Shown one piece after another: positions 60,050 to 64,000 of a DNA stretch of 64,000 bases. This DNA is from a virus. Made by a program: the position numbers and the translations under genes. Within the stretch, counting starts at the first letter, position 1, and each line of letters begins with the position of its first letter. The stretch lies in the IMG/VR virus record IMGVR_UViG_3300045988_128358; one strand, written 5' to 3'. The notes below the pieces were generated by a model. That model was not told where the DNA came from and did no database searches. It saw only the letters and a program-made list of their open reading frames with translations.

Positions 60050-60842
60050 TACTTTTCTTTATAATTTCTGCTTGGACTTCTTGAAGAAGATTTTCAGCTT
60101 CTTCATTGGTATGATTAAATTCAGAATCTTTTGTATATGGAATACAAATTTCATTAATGTGAGCCATATGTTCATCTGCGACTTTAATAGCTTCTTCTCT
60201 TGAATAAAGACCAGTTTTAATATCTTTTAAATATTGCGGATTAGCTGGACAAAGACATTCTTTATACGGGGCCCCTGCGATATATTTATCGAGATATTCA
60301 TCAATTCTCACAAGCTGATAAAGCTGTTTGGGGTCATAATCGAATTTTTCAAAAGCTTCTTTATGTGTTTCGGTTTCTTTGGTAAGAGCATATCTTTTTC
60401 CAAGAGCAATACCAGACATAGCCTTTACTGCAAAGTAAGGGTTATAATGTGCGATAATCTCATTTGCCGCAATTAATTTATTCCATTCTTTTGCATACAT
60501 TGGATTAATGATTTTATAATCCGTAAAAAGAATTTCAATAAAATTTAGATTTTGTTTGCGGAAAGTGTCAAACATAAGTCTAATATCTTTAAAATCAATA
60601 TGTTCTTTATTAGCTCTAACATGAGTTGTTGACATAGGTTTACGATTATAAATGAACTCATTTAAAGTCGGAGTGGTAATAAGTTTTGTATCAATGTCAG
60701 AATCCTCAGTTTCAAGACCATAATTCTGACTACCTTGAAGAAAAATACCAACAATATTATTTTCAGCAAAATATTGTTTGGATTCAAGATAGTGTTCTTG
60801 AATACCACTTGCTGTTTTAATCACTTTATTAAGATTTGCCAT
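60018..60842 (-). CDS. Pol-beta-superfamily nucleotidyltransferase
   Basis: GSQNYGLETEDSDID follows the GS...D.D nucleotidyltransferase signature. Confidence 0.55.
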   Translation of the reverse strand: MANLNKVIKTASGIQEHYLESKQYFAENNIVGIFLQGSQNYGLETEDSDIDTKLITTPTLNEFIYNRKPMSTTHVRANKEHIDFKDIRLMFDTFRKQNLNFIEILFTDYKIINPMYAKEWNKLIAANEIIAHYNPYFAVKAMSGIALGKRYALTKETETHKEAFEKFDYDPKQLYQLVRIDEYLDKYIAGAPYKECLCPANPQYLKDIKTGLYSREEAIKVADEHMAHINEICIPYTKDSEFNHTNEEAENLLQEVQAEIIKKSIAFELEERND

Positions 60843-60874
60843 ATTTTCTCACCTTCCTTTAATTCTCTATATAT

Positions 60875-60903
60875 ATTATAATAAAATTTTAATAAAAAAT
60901 CAA
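60875..60903 (-). promoter_or_regulatory. sigma70-like promoter TTGATT-N17-TATAAT with upstream terminator
   Basis: -35 at 60898..60903 and -10 at 60875..60880. Hairpin aagggagaaagt...actttctccctt at 60905..60936. Confidence 0.55.
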
Positions 60904-60933
60904 AAAAGGGAGAAAGTATTTAAACTTTCTCCC

Positions 60934-61290
60934 TTAATCATCGGTTGCCCATTGTCCCCTTTTAACCAGTCTTATAAGTTCATAATCATGCTGGGTCGGC
61001 TCAACATAAAACTTATATTTTGCAGAAGCATATTCTGGAATATCAAAATGATGATTTGCATTCCATACATAATCTAAACAATCAATAACAGCTTGTTGTT
61101 TATCTTTGTCAGTTCCTTCTGTATTTGCAGAAATATAAGCTAAGACTTCTTCTTCTTCACTTCCCCAGTCATAAGATGGAAAAATTTGCATTTTTTCAGC
61201 AGGTTTAGGACGAAAAGAAAAACTTAAAGATGTAAATAATACACATAAAAGAATAATTAAAAACATTTTTTCTTTCCAACTAAAATTCAT
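60934..61290 (-). CDS. hypothetical secreted/membrane protein
   Basis: N-terminal signal-like segment MFLIILLCVLFTSLSFS. Confidence 0.45.
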   Translation of the reverse strand: MNFSWKEKMFLIILLCVLFTSLSFSFRPKPAEKMQIFPSYDWGSEEEEVLAYISANTEGTDKDKQQAVIDCLDYVWNANHHFDIPEYASAKYKFYVEPTQHDYELIRLVKRGQWATDD

Positions 61291-61304
61291 ACATGAATCC
61301 TTTC

Positions 61305-61733
61305 TTATAAGAAATAATGTAATACAGGAATATATTTATCCCGCAATTTTTCAGTAAGCGTATCAGTTAAAGTCATATGGTCTTTCATATCTGCCTGCTT
61401 AACGATGAAAGCATAATCATCTTTTGCGTCAAGAATTTTATGAATATAATCTTCATAATTTTCTTGTGCATTTTTAGTTAAAAGAACTACTGAATTATAG
61501 CTTTCTATGCCTAAAATAGACATTAAATCTTCTTTTGGACATTCAGTATCTTCTAATAAATCGTGTGCCAATGCAATCATATAAGCTTCTGTTATATCCA
61601 TCCTTAAAAGTTCAGCTTTTGCGGTCGCATATTCAGCAACCCGCAAAGCATGAGCTAATTTTTTCTTAGGATAATATTGAACTGCCAAATTAAATAATTT
61701 ATTCACTTTTGTAATATCATAATTACAACCCAT
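61305..61733 (-). CDS. HD-domain phosphohydrolase
   Basis: The H...HD motif is HALRVA...AHDLLED. 142 aa. Confidence 0.6.
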   Translation of the reverse strand: MGCNYDITKVNKLFNLAVQYYPKKKLAHALRVAEYATAKAELLRMDITEAYMIALAHDLLEDTECPKEDLMSILGIESYNSVVLLTKNAQENYEDYIHKILDAKDDYAFIVKQADMKDHMTLTDTLTEKLRDKYIPVLHYFL

Positions 61734-61903
61734 TAACGTCCCTCCTCACAAAGACCTAAAGAAATTTCTCCTGTATATCCACAATAATACATAGAAAGTC
61801 GTTTAGAACCTTTTTTAGAAAAATAATACCAAGTATCCTGTTCCCAACCATTAGTATCCCAGTCATCATCTCTATCATAACCAAGTTTATCAAAAACATC
61901 CAT
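61733..61903 (-). CDS. small hypothetical ORF (56 aa)
   Basis: MDVFDKLGYDRDDDWDTNGWEQDTWYYFSKKGSKRLSMYYCGYTGEISLGLCEEGR. Its stop overlaps the HD start (taATGg). Confidence 0.25.
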   Translation of the reverse strand: MDVFDKLGYDRDDDWDTNGWEQDTWYYFSKKGSKRLSMYYCGYTGEISLGLCEEGR

Positions 61904-61906
61904 AAA

Positions 61907-62041
61907 CTAACATGGACCAAGATTTAAAAGGCTAAGTTCAATATTTGTAGCATTACCGACTTCAAGCTCATGAATCACTCCTCTTATAAAAGGCATTACT
62001 CTATCAATTTCTTCCTTAGAAATACTATACCCTCTTACCAT
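61907..62041 (-). CDS. small hypothetical ORF (44 aa) ending at in-frame TAG
   Basis: MVRGYSISKEEIDRVMPFIRGVIHELEVGNATNIELSLLNLGPC, then TAG. The next ATG is 3 nt downstream in the same frame. Confidence 0.25.
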   Translation of the reverse strand: MVRGYSISKEEIDRVMPFIRGVIHELEVGNATNIELSLLNLGPC

Positions 62042-62911
62042 TTATTCTTCTCCTATATAAATTAAATCATCAACGTATTTACGGTCTTCACCTTTTAAAA
62101 TAGGCATGTTTCTATCAATAGCCCAAATAGGTCTTTCTTCAATAATTGTAGTTGTAACTTTATCTTCTCCAAAAGGCTGAGGTTCTCTTTTTATATTTTC
62201 AGTTACTTTTGTTGCGACTTTAATACATGCTGTACCTCGTTTACATGGTACTGTAAAATTATTCCAATTAATGCCATACTTGGTCATTAGCATATCTTGA
62301 ATCATATCACAAGTTTTATTTTGAAGTTCATCATGTGAGAAATTAGCCTGTCCAACCATCTGAATACTATTTCTGGTTGCATCAAGCTGTCGCCAATAAA
62401 TAAGGTTAGTTACTTCTTCTTTTGGAATATTAAAACATCTGGCATCAAAACATGCCCCTCTTTCTACTGCACTTATATAATTATCAAGTAAACCTTCTCT
62501 TCTTTTTACAAGAGGGTCATTAGTTAAATTATATTCAACTACATTTTCAGAAAAATATTTATTAAAAGCCATTGTTGCCATAGAAGCTGATACAGAAGTT
62601 AATTTTTGAACTTCATAATCAAACCAAGCATCTGAAGTGAATTTTTGATAATCTACTAAAATCAGAGTAATTTCATCTGACTGGGTATATCCAAAAACGC
62701 AGCCTTGAATATTTTCACATAAATATTTCATTGTTTTTTGCATTGCATCCATTAGCACAAAGTCAAATGGTTTTTGAAAACCCCTTGTAAAAGTATGAAA
62801 TGCCTTGCCGTCCAGCCTAATTGCTACTGGAGTTCTTCTCATAAGTCGAGTCTTTGGAATATTTTCATAAAAGACTTTCATACGAGTGCCTAAATCATCT
62901 CTTATCGGCAT
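62042..62911 (-). CDS. Thg1-like protein (tRNA-His guanylyltransferase family, 3'-5' nucleotidyltransferase)
   Basis: VAIRLDGKAFHTFTRGFQKPFDFVLMDAM...GYTQSDEITLIL...SASMATMAF...IYWRQLDATRN parallels Thg1 VVRLDGRNFHRF..KPND..L.LM...GQSDEYSFVF...ASQFAS...SWRQADCHIN. Start set at MPIRDD. Confidence 0.75.
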   Translation of the reverse strand: MPIRDDLGTRMKVFYENIPKTRLMRRTPVAIRLDGKAFHTFTRGFQKPFDFVLMDAMQKTMKYLCENIQGCVFGYTQSDEITLILVDYQKFTSDAWFDYEVQKLTSVSASMATMAFNKYFSENVVEYNLTNDPLVKRREGLLDNYISAVERGACFDARCFNIPKEEVTNLIYWRQLDATRNSIQMVGQANFSHDELQNKTCDMIQDMLMTKYGINWNNFTVPCKRGTACIKVATKVTENIKREPQPFGEDKVTTTIIEERPIWAIDRNMPILKGEDRKYVDDLIYIGEE

Positions 62912-62959
62912 TTTATTTATTCCTTTCTTTCTATTTTTTTTAGAGTTTTTATACATTTA

Positions 62960-63169
62960 TTATAATTTTGGACACCAGCCTGGAATGTCAGTATATCTTC
63001 TTAAATGCCAATCATCTCCTGCAACCAATTTGTCATGTCCTTTTACATCTTTAACGAGTTTACAATAACATCCTTCCTCATGGTCCCAAGAGTCTGGGGT
63101 ATAAATAGGACGAACATCATGGTCTGGACAATCAAGACAATTTGTGACTGTAATAGTAAAAGAATTCAT
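62960..63169 (-). CDS. hypothetical Cys-rich protein
   Basis: 69 aa, CLDCPDH...CYC. Confidence 0.4.
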   Translation of the reverse strand: MNSFTITVTNCLDCPDHDVRPIYTPDSWDHEEGCYCKLVKDVKGHDKLVAGDDWHLRRYTDIPGWCPKL

Positions 63170-63170
63170 A

Positions 63171-63980
63171 TTAACTCTCCTCTAACAATTCATCAAACTT
63201 TTCTTGAAATTTACTGTAATTGGTAGAATCATCATTAATAATAGGAATTGCGAAAATCACTTTTTTAAATTCAGTTGCATAATCTGTAACCAATAGATTG
63301 ATAAAAATTTCTGCAACATCATTTGCGTCCTGTCCAAATACTCCGCATCCAAAAGCTCCTAAAATAAGAGTATCAACCTGATTCTGTTTTGCTACTTCAA
63401 AAACAAATCGAATTCTTGATTCAAGAACTTTTTTATTTTCATCTCTATCTACGTTGCAGTACCTTGCAGCGGCAGTAAAATTAGGTGCGGCGCAAGTAAT
63501 TACATCGCAATATTTTTCAATACCAGAATGCTCAAATCTGATATTTGGAGAATAAATTGCTCTATTCTCATAAAGAGCACGATTTTTATGTCCTTCATTC
63601 CAATCATAATAGTTTGGAACTTGACTTAATACATTATAAAGAAAAGATTCATGGCACAAACACTCTTCCTGGGCACGTGAACCTCTTATAAACATTCCGC
63701 CAGGGTTTTTATATGAAGCAAAATTAAGAACCGCAACTTTTCCATCTGTAGAATCACAAGCTACAATAGCTTCAACACTTCCAACAGCATCAAGAGCAAT
63801 ATCTGCTTCTCCTAATTTTCTTGCGGGCGTTGTCGCAGTAAAATTTTTACTATAAATTTTACTATTTATTACACTTTCCGCAATCTCACTGGCAAACTGT
63901 TCATTCATTTGCTGAGTATGCTCTTGTGCAATAGTTGCTCTTTGAGCTTTATCTGCCCAATAATAGCTAATATCTTTCAT
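63171..63980 (-). CDS. macro/PARG-like protein (TIGR02452-type family)
   Basis: VLNFASYKNPGGMFIRGSRAQEECLC and LILGAFGCGVFGQD fit the macro-like ADP-ribose-processing fold pattern. Confidence 0.5.
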   Translation of the reverse strand: MKDISYYWADKAQRATIAQEHTQQMNEQFASEIAESVINSKIYSKNFTATTPARKLGEADIALDAVGSVEAIVACDSTDGKVAVLNFASYKNPGGMFIRGSRAQEECLCHESFLYNVLSQVPNYYDWNEGHKNRALYENRAIYSPNIRFEHSGIEKYCDVITCAAPNFTAAARYCNVDRDENKKVLESRIRFVFEVAKQNQVDTLILGAFGCGVFGQDANDVAEIFINLLVTDYATEFKKVIFAIPIINDDSTNYSKFQEKFDELLEES

Positions 63981-64000
63981 TTTTTTTATCCTCTTTCTCA

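Noticed and set aside
61907-61909. In-frame TAG as evidence of stop-codon reassignment
   Set aside because: Dozens of long ORFs elsewhere in the window terminate and read correctly under the standard code, with no pattern of in-frame TAG or TGA in conserved genes.

Overview
AT-rich window (roughly two-thirds A+T by eye) in which essentially every credible gene lies on the minus strand. The content is the early/DNA-metabolism region of a large virulent phage, probably of an anaerobic low-GC host (anaerobic RNR nrdD/nrdG present). Replication and recombination genes are ordered along the minus strand. They include a DnaE-like Pol III alpha, DnaB-like helicase, DnaG-like primase, Dda/RecD-like SF1 helicase, RecJ-like DHH exonuclease, a Sak4-like ATPase, NAD-ligase LigA, a GyrA-like topoisomerase subunit, a GyrB-like subunit, RNase H, a RuvC-like resolvase, dUTPase, a guanylate-kinase-like kinase, PhoH, and an endolysin with a putative holin. 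Three genes (nrdD, the dnaE-like polymerase and the gyrB-like gene) are interrupted by five group I introns in total. Each intron carries a homing endonuclease ORF (4 GIY-YIG, 1 HNH). In-frame splice junctions could be reconstructed for all five; the dnaE one is approximate. The region from about 47 to 63 kb is an accessory island driven by repeated near-consensus sigma70-type promoters (TTGAYW-N17-TATAAT), often immediately after hairpin terminators. It encodes an apparent RNA/tRNA repair toolkit: a P-loop polynucleotide-kinase-like protein, metallophosphoesterases, an Rnl-type RNA ligase with KxDG motif, a Thg1-like 3'-5' nucleotidyltransferase, a Pol-beta-type nucleotidyltransferase, an HD hydrolase and a YqeY/GatB-like protein. 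The island also holds an adenylosuccinate-synthetase homolog (PurA/PurZ-like), a macro/PARG-like protein, a vWA protein, a lambda-type Ser/Thr phosphatase and a DEDDh exonuclease. At the window start a radical SAM/SPASM enzyme (partial) follows a 413-aa Asn/Ser/Gly/Thr/His-rich repeat protein with C-terminal cysteines, a candidate protein-modification pair. A flotillin/SPFH gene with conspicuously higher GC than its surroundings is also present. No rRNA, tRNA or CRISPR was found.
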